A DNA stretch of 63,516 nucleotides, the filler included, from Reclinomonas americana ATCC 50394 (Eukaryota): the NCBI GenBank assembly GCA_048213135.1. It is 6 parts of 4 records of this genome, joined end to end, with 100 filler letters (N's around TTAATTAATTAA, not from the genome) between each part and the next. Parts side by side here need not be neighbours in the genome. Positions count along the whole stretch, not along the records: positions 29,782 to 58,023 come from PS015528.1; positions 58,124 to 61,471 come from PS015536.1; 4 more parts are not named here. One strand, 5' to 3'. A model generated the notes under the pieces. The model ran no database searches and was not told the origin of the DNA. It saw nothing but the letters and a program-made list of their open reading frames with translations. Positions 47,740 to 60,423 of this stretch are shown here, piece after piece. Numbering within the stretch: position 1 is the first letter of the stretch; the number at the start of each line of letters is the position of its first letter. The translations under genes were made by a program, and so were the position numbers.

Positions 47740-48621
47740 AGCAACAAGCTGCAAACATGCGAGACGATAAAGGAGGAGGAAGACGCAACAGCCAGATCAT
47801 CGGGTCGCACCGGCGGCGCCCCGTGTTTCCGCCCAACAACCGCATCGTTCTTGGCCTGCAACGTCGCCACACGCTCCGCACTCAACGGTTCCAGTGTGCG
47901 CGGTGGTGGTGTCCTCGTACGCACACCCCGCAAAGACGTTCGACCCGACTCGGCCGCAGACGATGTCGCACGGAACGTCTCAGCCGGGATCACCACGGCT
48001 GTGTGTGTCAGCGGATTGTACGAACGCGCTCCCTTTTCCGTGGCCGCCGGTGGCACAGGCACCCAAGCTGTCCAAGAGAAAGTGTAAGAGATAAGGGGGG
48101 AGGAGGAGAAGAGAGAGAGAGAGCAAAGGGAAGACTCAACGTTCCGAGCCCGTATTCCGCGTAAAGCCTCGCCGATGCTTGTACAGCTCCGGATTCACAT
48201 CCTTGACAGACTTGCCACGATGCGCGCCAATGTTATCCGTGCGACTGGCGTCGAAGCCGAACTTGGTCGGATCATCTGATCACGAAAGAAACGAGTGAGC
48301 AGCCGTTTGCTTGCTTGCTTGCCTGCCTGGAGATCCACACACGAGGGAGACAACGCAACTCTTGCGCAGCTCGGACTCTGCGCGGACCAGTGGCGCCATG
48401 TACGCGCCACGATGGACCACGGCAGTGGCCGGTGGGGCCGATGGAAACGTCTTGGGCACCGGATCTGCAATGCCCATTGTGCCCATCAGCAGCGGCTTGA
48501 CCGGATCCTTCTTGCAAAACTCTACCCCAAATACAAGAAAGAAAAGGCATTTGCTGGTGAGTCAATGAAGTGGGACGGAGAAGGGTGGGGGATGGAACAG
48601 ACCGCGCCACGCCTCTGCCAT
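47740..48621 (-). CDS. Hypothetical intron-containing gene, 3' end in gap
   Basis: Open GC-rich segments (MGIADPVPKTFPSAPP..., SYNPLTHTAVVIP...) separated by CT-rich intron-like tracts. Confidence 0.35.
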
Positions 48622-49670
48622 GATTGAGTAATCGCCGATGCTGTGAGAGGGAAGGGCGATCAATGAGTGGCCAAGCAATCCAAAGACAGACGAGTGTGCC
48701 CAGGAAGCGCGGAGCAGAGGAGAGAGAGAAGCGAGACAGTGAGGAGGAAGGAGAAATGAGAGTGACTGAAGACAGAGAGCTCCACACATCACGCTGGCTG
48801 CTCGTATACACACAGAGCACAGCAAAGGCGCTAACACAACAGAGCACGCAAACACTCACCGCTTGCGAGAGTCGCCAAACAAAGAAAACGCTTCGGTACA
48901 ATCTGGCATGCGTCACGCNNNNNNNNNNNNNNNNNNNNNNNNNNNNNNNNNNNNNNNNNNNNNNNNNNNNNNNNNNNNNNNNNNNNNNNNNNNNNNNNNN
49001 NNNNNNNNNNNNNNNNNNNNNNNNNNNNNNNNNNNNNNNNNNNNNNNNNNNNNNNNNNNNNNNNNNNNNNNNNNNNNNNNNNNNNNNNNNNNNNNNNNNN
49101 NNNNNNNNNNNNNNNNNNNNNNNNNNNNNNNNNNNNNNNNNNNNNNNNNNNNNNNNNNNNNNNNNNNNNNNNNNNNNNNNNNNNNNNNNNNNNNNNNNNN
49201 NNNNNNNNNNNNNNNNNNNNNNNNNNNNNNNNNNNNNNNNNNNNNNNNNNNNNNNNNNNNNNNNNNNNNNNNNNNNNNNNNNNNNNNNNNNNNNNNNNNN
49301 NNNNNNNNNNNNNNNNNNNNNNNNNNNNNNNNNNNNNNNNNNNNNNNNNNNNNNNNNNNNNNNNNNNNNNNNNNNNNNNNNNNNNNNNNNNNNNNNNNNN
49401 NNNNNNNNNNNNNNNNNNNNNNNNNNNNNNNNNNNNNNNNNNNNNNNNNNNNNNNNNNNNNNNNNNNNNNNNNNNNNNNNNNNNNNNNNNNNNNNNNNNN
49501 NNNNNNNNNNNNNNNNNNNNNNNNNNNNNNNNNNNNNNNNNNNNNNNNNNNNNNNNNNNNNNNNNNNNNNNNNNNNNNNNNNNNNNNNNNNNNNNNNNNN
49601 NNNNNNNNNNNNNNNNNNNNNNNNNNNNNNNNNNNNNNNNNNNNNNNNNNNNNNNNNNNNNNNNNNNNNN

Positions 49671-49767
49671 ACTACTACATTCGCGAGGGCGGTCTGTCGG
49701 AACTCGTGCCGAATGGAGGTCGTTCCATCTTCCTCGCACCCACTGTGTTGTGGTCGCTCGTGTTCTA

Positions 49768-49807
<40 letters not shown>

Positions 49808-52800
49808 CTTGCTTGCTGGGCAGAGTCGGGCATGTATCTGGTGACGATGAATCGTGCAATATCGTCCAAACCGACCCCGATCATCGAGCTGCCGGAATCC
49901 AAGGAGCCCAAGGGCAGGTCCACGTGGAAGCAGCTGCGGCGAGCCGACGACTGCCCTCCAAACGCCTTTATTCGCTTGTTCTTGCACCGAGGTGAGGGAG
50001 GGGGGTCATTGGAGCGAATTGTTCGTTTTTTCCCTTCTCGGATGGATGTTCACCGTCTCCCTCGCCAGCTCGTGTCGACAGCGACCGCACGGCGGGTCTG
50101 CGTCGTGAGTTTTACTTTCGTCGCGAGATGACACACATGGTGTGCATCGTGTATCCCATGAATCCCGAACGGCGAAAGAAGACGTCCGACTCGGCAGGTG
50201 AGTTTTTGATTCTCCGTCGTGTTGCACACACGTTCTGACTGGCTTATCGCAGGTGCCTCCGCCGCCCCTGTGACACCGCGCGTTGCGCGCGGCGGTGGAC
50301 GGGCGGGATCCAGAGGCGGCCGGCGGAAGCGGCATGGTGAGTGAGCCGAGGATGGCGGCGTCCCAGCAACTGTGGCCTCACTCACCGGTGCGTCACAGCG
50401 GACAGCGACGACGACGATGGCGAGGAGGACATTGACGACGACATTGATGATGATGAGTACGCGGTGGACGACGGTGGCGGTGACAGCACTGACCACACAC
50501 CAGAGACACTAGCTCGCACGTGGTCCACGTCATCGTCCGTCGGCTCCACTCCCAAAGCAACCCTGCTGCCGGTCGCCTCCTCCTCCTCCTCTAGTACCTC
50601 GTTGTTGACACGGCGCCGTTCTGGTGGCAGCGGCAGTGGTAGCGGTGATGCAGGTGGTGCGTTCAGTGGACTGCGGCAGCTGCATTCGCGCAGCAACGAG
50701 GATCTGGCGGCGCTTGCCGCGTCCATGCGCGACGGGGAAGACGAAGACGACGAGGACGACGATGGTGGTACTGGTGGTGTTGGTTCTGGTGGCGACGGCA
50801 GGGGCGATCACGAGATGCGACAACAGCCAATGGCGGCGACGAATCGTGTGTCGATGCAAACGCTGCAGGAGTTGGCGTCGCTGGCGACCCAGGGGCACGT
50901 TCCAAAGCCGCTGCAGTCGATTTCCACGCCCGGTCTGTGGATGGCAGTGGATGCTGGCGCTGTTGCCGGCACAGGTGTTGGCAGTATGGCAGCGCCTGCG
51001 GCGGTCCCCATGGGCGTGCCCATGGCCATTGTCAGTGGCGGCAATCCACCAGTGGGAGCAACGTGGACTCGGCGAGCGCCTCCGCCACCACAAGCTGCCG
51101 TCAGCGTGTCTGTGGTGCAACAGCAACAGCAACAACAGCAGCAGCAGCAGCCAATCGTGTTGCCAGCAGGGCGCAAGCGTCAGCTTTCTGGCGCGCGGTC
51201 CTCACAAGCGCCCGTCTCCACCGTGGTCGTCAGTGCAGCTGGCCTGTCGCGGGTGAAGGAGGAGCCCATGTCACTGGCGCCCGCCGTTGTAGGTGCCCTG
51301 CGACCTGTACACGTCCGCGGCACGAGCGGTGGCGGTACACAAGACGCAAAGATGATCGTGACTGACGAACAAGGAGGAGAGGGGGAGGATGAGGAAATGG
51401 AGGCGCCTGCCGGCGGCGCGTTCGAGGAAGAGGCGGACGAGGACGAAGATGAGGTGGAGGAGGAAGAGGAGGAGGCCGACGAAGAGGATGTGAGCGAACG
51501 AGGAGGCGACACGGAACGGGAGGATGATGCCGGCGCGCCACCGCGCAAGCGGCAAAGGGGAGAGCAGCAGCAGCAGCAGCAGCGGCAGCGGTTGAAACTA
51601 CAGCAGCAGCAGCAACACGAGGTGTTGCGACGACGTGCTGCGCGCCACTCTTCGACGGTGAGCTCTGTCGACGGTGACGCAGCGAGTAGCACGGCATCGA
51701 GTGCGCCAGCCACGGAGGCGTCATCGCACGCGCACGGCGCTCACGATCTGTCGAGTTCGTTTGCCTATGAACCGATTCCCATGGTGGGCCGCGAGCAACA
51801 GCTCGAGTCTGCACTGCAGTTCTTGGAGGGCACACAGAAACGTTGCGTCGTTCACTCGCTTGTCAACACGGCAGTAACTCATTGTGTGGCTCGCAGTCGA
51901 TCGTACTCGCATGTGCGTCATCTACATCACTGGCGAACCGGGCATGGGTCGCACCTCGGTGGCGCGTCACTTGGTGCCGCGAATCGCCGAGCGTCTCAAG
52001 TTGGATGTGTCGCCCGTGTTTGTGGATCTGCGTGGCAATCAGGACTCGCGAAGAGGGCTTGCGGTTGCGTCGCGTTTGTGTGTGCTTGTCGATCTCCACG
52101 CATTCACTAAATCGGTGTCTTGCAACTCGCAGAATGCGCACGCTCTGCACCAGATTCTGCAGCAAATAGACCACGAAACAGCCTGTCGGTTTGGCGGCAT
52201 GGCCGACGAGGTGTTGGTGCGACGCGAGTGCCATCGCTTGCTGCGAGTAAGCGTGCCGGAGAAGCAAGTCATTCTCGTACTAGACAATGCGCCGTCATCG
52301 CAGAGCATCGAGCAGCTGTTGCCGCTGGAGGGTCCTGGTGAGAGTGCGCGAGGGAGAGAGATGCGTGACTCGAAATCGGGGTGCTGATCTGTTGTGCATC
52401 AGTTGCGGACATGTACCCACCGATTGTGCTGGTCATTGCATCGCCGTCGTTTGGCGATGATGGCATGCTGCCGGAGAGCAAGGCCGCCACGTATCGAATC
52501 CACTTGAAACCGCTCTCCACTCAACAGGTGTGATGCTTTTGTCACTTTTCCATCCCATGTCTGTTGTGTTATTTACCGTCTTGCAGTCTGCCGAATTCCT
52601 CACGGTGGCCATGGTCAAGGCCTGTGGTCCACACTTCAATCCATCAGATGCAGCCATTCAACAGGTCATCAACGAAATGGTGGTGGCCAGCAACGGACAC
52701 CCACTATTCATGCAGACGCTTGTCGGGTGCGTTCGCTTTTCTCTCTCTCTCTTTCTCTCGCTCATTCGTCTTTTGACACTGTACCCGGCCACATTTCAGC

Positions 52801-55800
52801 TGCATCTCCACGCGCATGCAACAGACGCCATCGCTCGGTTTTGTGGCCGCCTGGCGCCACTTCCTCAAGCAAGTGGACGTGACACGAGCCGATTGGATTG
52901 GCTCGGTGCTCGAGACGCTTACGCCGCTGCAAAAGGAAGTGGTTACTGTGTGCGCCATTTTCCGTGGCTACTTGTCGGTGAGTGCACAGCGTGCTCGTGT
53001 CTGTTGTGCTGCTGTTGAAGACGGCTCAAGAGCGCTTTTCGGTCACAGGTCGGTTTTCCGATGCTGATTTCCCTATTGACCGGCGTGGCGGGGTCGGCCG
53101 ACCACTTTGACGAACAGCAGAAGATTCTGGTGACGCGTCCGAGTCGCCAAGTGACGGCCACGTTGCCAGAGGGGTGTGTATGAGAGAGAGAGAGAGATTG
53201 CACGCAAATTGTGCTAGCTTGTGTGCGTCGTGCTCATTGTCTTCGTGTGTGCGCGTCAGCTCGGAGAAGAACAAGAATGTCATGTTGGATTGGATTGAGG
53301 ACATGGAGGCGAACGACGAACGCCTGCGACAGCAAGGGAGGCACCACTCGGCCGCCGAGGTCACACGATGCCTCGTGGAGCTGTGCCAGATGAACATTAT
53401 CACCTCGTGGAGACAGGACCGTCTGAAGCTTCCGTTTGTGCAAGACGTTGCGTTGGTTGTCGAACTCGCCTCCGAGTCGCCGTCACCTATTTGGCCCTTA
53501 TGTGTGNNNNNNNNNNNNNNNNNNNNNNNNNNNNNNNNNNNNNNNNNNNNNNNNNNNNNNNNNNNNNNNNNNNNNNNNNNNNNNNNNNNNNNNNNNNNNN
53601 NNNNNNNNNNNNNNNNNNNNNNNNNNNNNNNNNNNNNNNNNNNNNNNNNNNNNNNNNNNNNNNNNNNNNNNNNNNNNNNNNNNNNNNNNNNNNNNNNNNN
53701 NNNNNNNNNNNNNNNNNNNNNNNNNNNNNNNNNNNNNNNNNNNNNNNNNNNNNNNNNNNNNNNNNNNNNNNNNNNNNNNNNNNNNNNNNNNNNNNNNNNN
53801 NNNNNNNNNNNNNNNNNNNNNNNNNNNNNNNNNNNNNNNNNNNNNNNNNNNNNNNNNNNNNNNNNNNNNNNNNNNNNNNNNNNNNNNNNNNNNNNNNNNN
53901 NNNNNNNNNNNNNNNNNNNNNNNNNNNNNNNNNNNNNNNNNNNNNNNNNNNNNNNNNNNNNNNNNNNNNNNNNNNNNNNNNNNNNNNNNNNNNTTGGTGT
54001 GAACGACGGTGGTGGGATAGGCATCATCGCACCACCACCACCACCACCACCACCGCCGCCACCACCACCACCACCACCACCACCATTTGCATTCGTGCTG
54101 CCATTGATTGCCGCCGCGGACGATGTTGTGGACAACGAGGTCGACATGTCGGTGACGGCCGACAATTGTGCGCCAGAAGAGCCCGCAGCTGCTGCCGCTG
54201 CCGCCGCCGCCGCTGCGGCCATTGTGCCAGCAGACCCAGAGGGACCCTGCGTTGCTGTTGCTGACGACACGTCACCAACAACTCCCATGCTCGAACTGGT
54301 AAACGAACGCGCTGTCAACGAGAGGTTGTAGGCCGGATGAAGGGGCGGGGTCTGTGCCAGCAGCGGCGACATTGCCGGCGTCCCAAAGAACGAACCAAGA
54401 CCATCAGGTCCATTCGCTGAACTCAGCTGCGCTCGCAAACCGACCAACGGTGGCGTTGGCTTCGGTCCCAGCAGAGGCGTGGTGCCGATGGCGTCACGCA
54501 GCAGTGGCACCGTCGGCGTCAGCACGGTAGCGTCGAAGAGGCTAGGCGCTGACAAGGTGCCGGCGACGCCACTTGACTGCGAACCGCCGGCAGCAGAGGA
54601 NNNNNNNNNNNNNNNNNNNNNNNNNNNNNNNNNNNNNNNNNNNNNNNNNNNNNNNNNNNNNNNNNNNNNNNNNNNNNNNNNNNNNNNNNNNNNNNNNNNN
54701 NNNNNNNNNNNNNNNNNNNNNNNNNNNNNNNNNNNNNNNNNNNNNNNNNNNNNNNNNNNNNNNNNNNNNNNNNNNNNNNNNNNNNNNNNNNNNNNNNNNN
54801 NNNNNNNNNNNNNNNNNNNNNNNNNNNNNNNNNNNNNNNNNNNCACGCGCGCGCGCGCCCATTTGAAGTCGTCTCTTACCTGGCAGTCAACGCACAGTGC
54901 CGGATCTGATGCATGGCCTGGACTTTCTGATTGAGCGGTTTGCGCACTTCCCACTGTGGGAGTGCATGCGTGAGATGTTTGTCGCCTTTTCCAATCTTGC
55001 CTGCATGGCGGCCCCCATGTTGCGTTATGGAGTGTGTGTGCGCGTGCGTCTGCCCATGTGCTCACGGCTGGGTGTTGCAGACCCGACTCCTCGCCCGACG
55101 ATGTGGTGGCACTGCAGCGCAGCTTCAACATGCGACTCTGTAAGATTCTTCAGAAAGGTGTGTGTTGTGCGAGCTGGATTTTGTGATGCGTGCGTGCACG
55201 TGGTTGACTCGGAAGTGACTGCAGGCGTGCTTTTGTGCCGATGCACGAGCGACCACGCTCGTGCCAAGGACCTCGGACAAAAACTGTTGGCGCTCTCGGA
55301 GAATGTGAAGCACGACCCGATTGCATACATTGCGTACAAGAATACGTGTGCCAGGTGCGTTTGCTTGGGTGGCAACGTGTTAAGGAGATGAGCAACTGAT
55401 GGCGCGTCGCAGTCTGTACTTGGATCTGGGCGACTTGGCGAACGCCGAGCGGCTGCTTGTCAGTCTTCTCGACGATCTGCGTATGACGGAAAAGACACCA
55501 AAGAACGACTACCTGCGGGCACGCGTGCTGAACAAGCTCGCCATGACGTACGACATGCAGGGCAAGTACAATGAGGTGCGTTGTTGTCCCACTCGCCACG
55601 TTGATCACACGCACAATTTAACGTGTGCTTTGTTCCTATCAGTCGTCGGCCCTGTTTGTGGAGGCCCTGCAATTGCGCGCCTCCATTGTCGGCAAGAAGC
55701 ATCCTGGATACGCCCGTACACTGAACACGTACGCCAACCTGCTGAAGGACGTGGGCCAGTACCGCGAGGCCAAGCGTCTGTACAAGAAGTGTTTGAAGCT

Positions 55801-57500
55801 GTGGAAGAACACGCTGGTCGCCAAGCCTGCCGAGTACGCAGCCATTCAGGGAAACCTGGCTGGCGTGTACAAGTCGGTGGGCAAGTACTACAAGGCCAAG
55901 ACGTTTTACGAGAAGAGTCTGCGTCACTACGAGCGCATCTTTGGCGAGGATCCGACGCATGCCGAGATCTCGCGTTGCCACGGTCACCTGGGCTTGATCT
56001 GTGAGATTCAGGTAACGTGTGTATTCTCGCGTTGCTAGTTGCTTTCTGTGGTGCCCTCAAGTTGCTTTTGTTAATTTGCTAGGGTCAATTTGACGACGCA
56101 CAGCGGCATTTCACGCTGGCTTTCCGCTACTACGAGAAGCAGCGTGAGATGTGCGACTCGATCGATTACGCCAACCTGGTCGACAACTACGGTGTGTTCC
56201 GGCACGTGCAGGGTGACTTTGAGACGGCACGGCAGATGCATCAAAAGGTGAGGGAGAGAGAGGGGTAGGAAAAGGGAGAGCGAGGGTGGAAAAGGAGGAT
56301 CTCTGCTTTCCCCTCGATGTCCTTGCAGTGTGACTTTACAGAAGTTCCCCTTGACCCTTTACGCGTGGGGAGGGAGCAAATACTTCAATAGTGTTAGTGT
56401 GTTGCTGACGGACGGTGTGCAGAGTCTGACAATTCGTGAGACGATCCTCGGCCCGGCGCATCCAATGTGCAGCACCGCACTCAATAATCTTGGCAATGCG
56501 TATGATGCGCTCGGCCAGCACGATGCCGCTCTCATGCTGCACCGGCAGTCGCTCAACATTCGCAAACAGTTCTACCACGAACACGACGCGCGCTACGCCA
56601 GGGCCCTGCACAACTACATCATCTCGCTCATGTCGCAGTCGCAATGGGAGCGCGTGGAGGACATGCTGAAGCAGGTGCTGAGTATCTACTACGCCACCTT
56701 TGGCCGCTACACCAATCATGCCGAGCTCGGGCCGACGCTGAACAGCTACGGTGTCTACTGCTGCTTCCACGGACGCTTCAATCAGGCGTTCGAGTTCCTC
56801 TATGATGCGCTGCAGGTAATGCGCGTCTTGAAGGCCTGAGTGAGCACGCAGATGTGCGCTAACATGCATGCGTTGGTACCGCACACATACACAGCTGATG
56901 CGTCGCACGTTGGGCAATGGAGCGGAGGAGCGTACGTGTGCTGTGCTGCGCAATAATCTGGGCGTGGCGTGTGAGCGGCGTGAGCTGCTGCTGGAGGCCT
57001 ACGAGCACTACCAGCAGGCCATTAGGATTCGCCTGGAGATTGGCGACACGTCGCATCCACACTACGCGCTGACGCTGTGCAATCAACTGCGCTTGATCGT
57101 GCGCCTCAATCGGTGGAACGAGGACGGACCACAGTTTGTGCAGCTCGTGCAGGGACTCGGGCAGGTGAGAGTTGTTGTTTTTTTCACGGCGCTGATGTTT
57201 TTATGTTTCACGTCCTCACTGCGCTACCTGCCCAGTCGGTACATGGTCTGCCGGCTGTGCAGTTCCTCAGCACCACGGTGGCTCGTCTGTCGGACCTGTC
57301 GGAATCGTCAACATCGCCATTCTTGCAAGAGGTGCGACTGTTGCTGTCCCTGTTTGTTTTGTTGTCGGTTGTGGGTGCTCATGCAGAGTGTGGTGTATGG
57401 CTCACAGCTTCGCAAGAACCGATTCTGGGCGGCCATCCCGATTTATGTGTACAGCTTCGGGCGGTGGACACACCGCAGCGGGAGGACGATGAGTGATTAG
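49671..57500 (+). CDS. Large protein: low-complexity N-terminus, STAND/NB-ARC-like P-loop NTPase, TPR repeats; 5' end in gap
   Basis: MVGREQQL; IYITGEPGMGRTSVAR (Walker A); VILVLDNA (Walker B); SNGHPL; TPRs such as HPGYARTLNTYANLL, HPMCSTALNNLGNAY, LRNNLGVAC. Confidence 0.8.
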
Positions 57501-58123
57501 AGAGAGAGAGCCTGAAATTGAAAAAAGATTGTTTGTTTTGAGTTGTCTCGCGATAGACATGCGACGTGGTTCTGGTTCGGGCGCGACCGGCAGCTCCTCC
57601 TCCTCCTCTTCCTCATCCAGCAACAGGGCAACAGCGCCTCGTCGCTATTCATCGACGCAGTCGTCTGCACCCGCACCAGCAGCGGCTGCACCCTCGTCCT
57701 CGTCGTCACTGGCCAGCAAGCTACGCAACGCACAACCACTGGCCAATGTTGCGTGCGTGAGAGAGAGAGAGAGTGATCCCGCCAACTGCCTCAAGCTCTC
57801 ACATGTGACGCGCTCGCACACATTAGCCCTCGTTCCAACGCGATCCAGCCCTTTGGGCAGCCGTAGCTCTACAGCAGCAGGCGGCTCTCTCACTGCGCAT
57901 GCCGAATTCGCGCGCGGTGGCGCCAAAACGGCGGCGACAAGATCGCGTGTTGCGCGCGGGTGAGACCAATGCCGAGAACGACACAGCCACCACGCAGACA
58001 CTGGCCGAACGGATGCGCCTGGTNNNNNNNNNNNNNNNNNNNNNNNNNNNNNNNNNNNNNNNNNNNNTTAATTAATTAANNNNNNNNNNNNNNNNNNNNN
58101 NNNNNNNNNNNNNNNNNNNNNNN

Positions 58124-58193
58124 TGTGGACGGTGGCCGCTTTGGCATCTTCACGGTCGGCTACTACGTGCTGTTCGAGAAGCCACTGAACTAG
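58124..58193 (+). CDS. C-terminal end of sterol methyltransferase (displaced; continues 61471)
   Basis: VDGGRFGIFTVGYYVLFEKPLN* fits the SMT C-terminal GG..IFT......KP motif and joins in frame to the end of 60424-61471. Confidence 0.75.
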
Positions 58194-58348
58194 ACAGACT
58201 TTGTGGTGGAACATAGGAGAGAGAGAGAGAGTGGGTGTTGATGGAAGGAGGGAGGAATGAAGGAAGGGAAACATTTTTTGATTGACTCGCTCACGCAATC
58301 AACCAACAACCCTCAACACACAAAGCGAGAGAGCAGACGGACGGCATC

Positions 58349-59247
58349 ATGGTGTTCTACTTTGAGTGCATCGGTGTGTTGGCGTGTCGTCAGAGTGTGT
58401 GTGAAAGAGAGAGTGTGCGTGTGTGACTGTGCGTGTGAGTTGAGCCTGAAAATAGAGCGTGTCACGCACACAGAACCTCGTGTTGGCATCATCTACATGG
58501 GCCGCGACAAGTTTGAGAACGAGGAGCTGATCAAGTATGGGTGGCCGGAGGATGTGTGGTGAGCCGCACATCATCGCACGCATTTGATTCTGCTCACATT
58601 GCATCACTCATCCTGCTCTCTTCTCCTCTCACTCACTCAGGTTCCACGTTGACAACTTCTCATCGGCACACGTGTACCTGCGACTGAATGAGGGCTTCAC
58701 GATTGACACGATTCCGGAGGAGGTGATTGCGGAATGTGCACAGCTCACCAAGGGCAACTCGATTTCCGGATGCAAGGAGGCACAGGTCACCGTCGTCTAC
58801 ACACCGTGGTGCGTGGAGCGAGAGCACGCAGTCCAGACCTGGCCTCCACTCGCTCGCTCTCTCACCGTCCTCTTGCTCAGGTCCAACCTGAAGAAGACTG
58901 CCGCCATGGAGCCCGGCGAGGTGAGCTTCCACAACCGGCGGCTGGTGCGCTCGATCAAGATCGAGAAGGACAAGGATATCTTGAAGCGCATCTCGCGCAC
59001 ACAGACCGAGCCGACGGTCGACTTCCAAGCAGAGCGTGCGACTCGTGATGCGCGTGAGCGGGCACGTCAACGGGAGCAGATTCGAGAGGAGGAGAAGAGG
59101 CGCGAGGAGGAGCGAAGGGCGCGAGAGCAGGAGCGCGAGACTCGCTCGTACACTGGCTTCTTCTCGGAGGATCAGATGGCCACCAACACCAACAAGCATC
59201 TGAGTGAGGGCGTCAGCTTCCGCGACGTGGAGGAGGACTTCATGTAA
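58349..59247 (+). CDS. CCDC25: CCDC25 / NFACT-R domain protein
   Basis: [43 protein letters not shown]...[12 protein letters not shown]...VVYTPWSNLKKT...EEDFM*. Confidence 0.95.
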
Positions 59248-60423
59248 AAGCAGGTCTGCTGCGGTGGTGGAGGTGGAAGAGGAGGAGGAGGACATGCGAA
59301 TGAATGCAGCAGCGCGGCTTCAATCATCTTCCACTCGTGCGNNNNNNNNNNNNNNNNNNNNNNNNNNNNNNNNNNNNNNNNNNNNNNNNNNNNNNNNNNN
59401 NNNNNNNNNNNNNNNNNNNNNNNNNNNNNNNNNNNNNNNNNNNNNNNNNNNNNNNNNNNNNNNNNNNNNNNNNNNNNNNNNNNNNNNNNNNNNNNNNNNN
59501 NNNNNNNNNNNNNNNNNNNNNNNNNNNNNNNNNNNNNNNNNNNNNNNNNNNNNNNNNNNNNNNNNNNNNNNNNNNNNNNNNNNNNNNNNNNNNNNNNNNN
59601 NNNNNNNNNNNNNNNNNNNNNNNNNNNNNNNNNNNNNNNNNNNNNNNNNNNNNNNNNNNNNNNNNNNNNNNNNNNNNNNNNNNNNNNNNNNNNNNNNNNN
59701 NNNNNNNNNNNNNNNNNNNNNNNNNNNNNNNNNNNNNNNNNNNNNNNNNNNNNNNNNNNNNNNNNNNNNNNNNNNNNNNNNNNNNNNNNNNNNNNNNNNN
59801 NNNNNNNNNNNNNNNNNNNNNNNNNNNNNNNNNNNNNNNNNNNNNNNNNNNNNNNNNNNNNNNNNNNNNNNNNNNNNNNNNNNNNNNNNNNNNNNNNNNN
59901 NNNNNNNNNNNNNNNNNNNNNNNNNNNNNNNNNNNNNNNNNNNNNNNNNNNNNNNNNNNNNNNNNNNNNNNNNNNNNNNNNNNNNNNNNNNNNNNNNNNN
60001 NNNNNNNNNNNNNNNNNNNNNNNNNNNNNNNNNNNNNNNNNNNNNNNNNNNNNNNNNNNNNNNNNNNNNNNNNNNNNNNNNNNNNNNNNNNNNNNNNNNN
60101 NNNNNNNNNNNNNNNNNNNNNNNNNNNNNNNNNNNNNNNNNNNNNNNNNNNNNNNNNNNNNNNNNNNNNNNNNNNNNNNNNNNNNNNNNNNNNNNNNNNN
60201 NNNNNNNNNNNNNNNNNNNNNNNNNNNNNNNNNNNNNTCTTCTGCTGCTGCCATGTGCATGTTGGGAATGTGCATGCATGTGTGGATGTGCATGCACATT
60301 GAGTGATTCTGCATCTTGCACTGGTGCACGGGTGTGGATTCGGAGTGACAACGACTCTCTTTCTGTCGCTCTCCTCACACCCCTGGCTTCTCCCCCACTC
60401 ACTGGGTGTGCGCATCTCCACAG

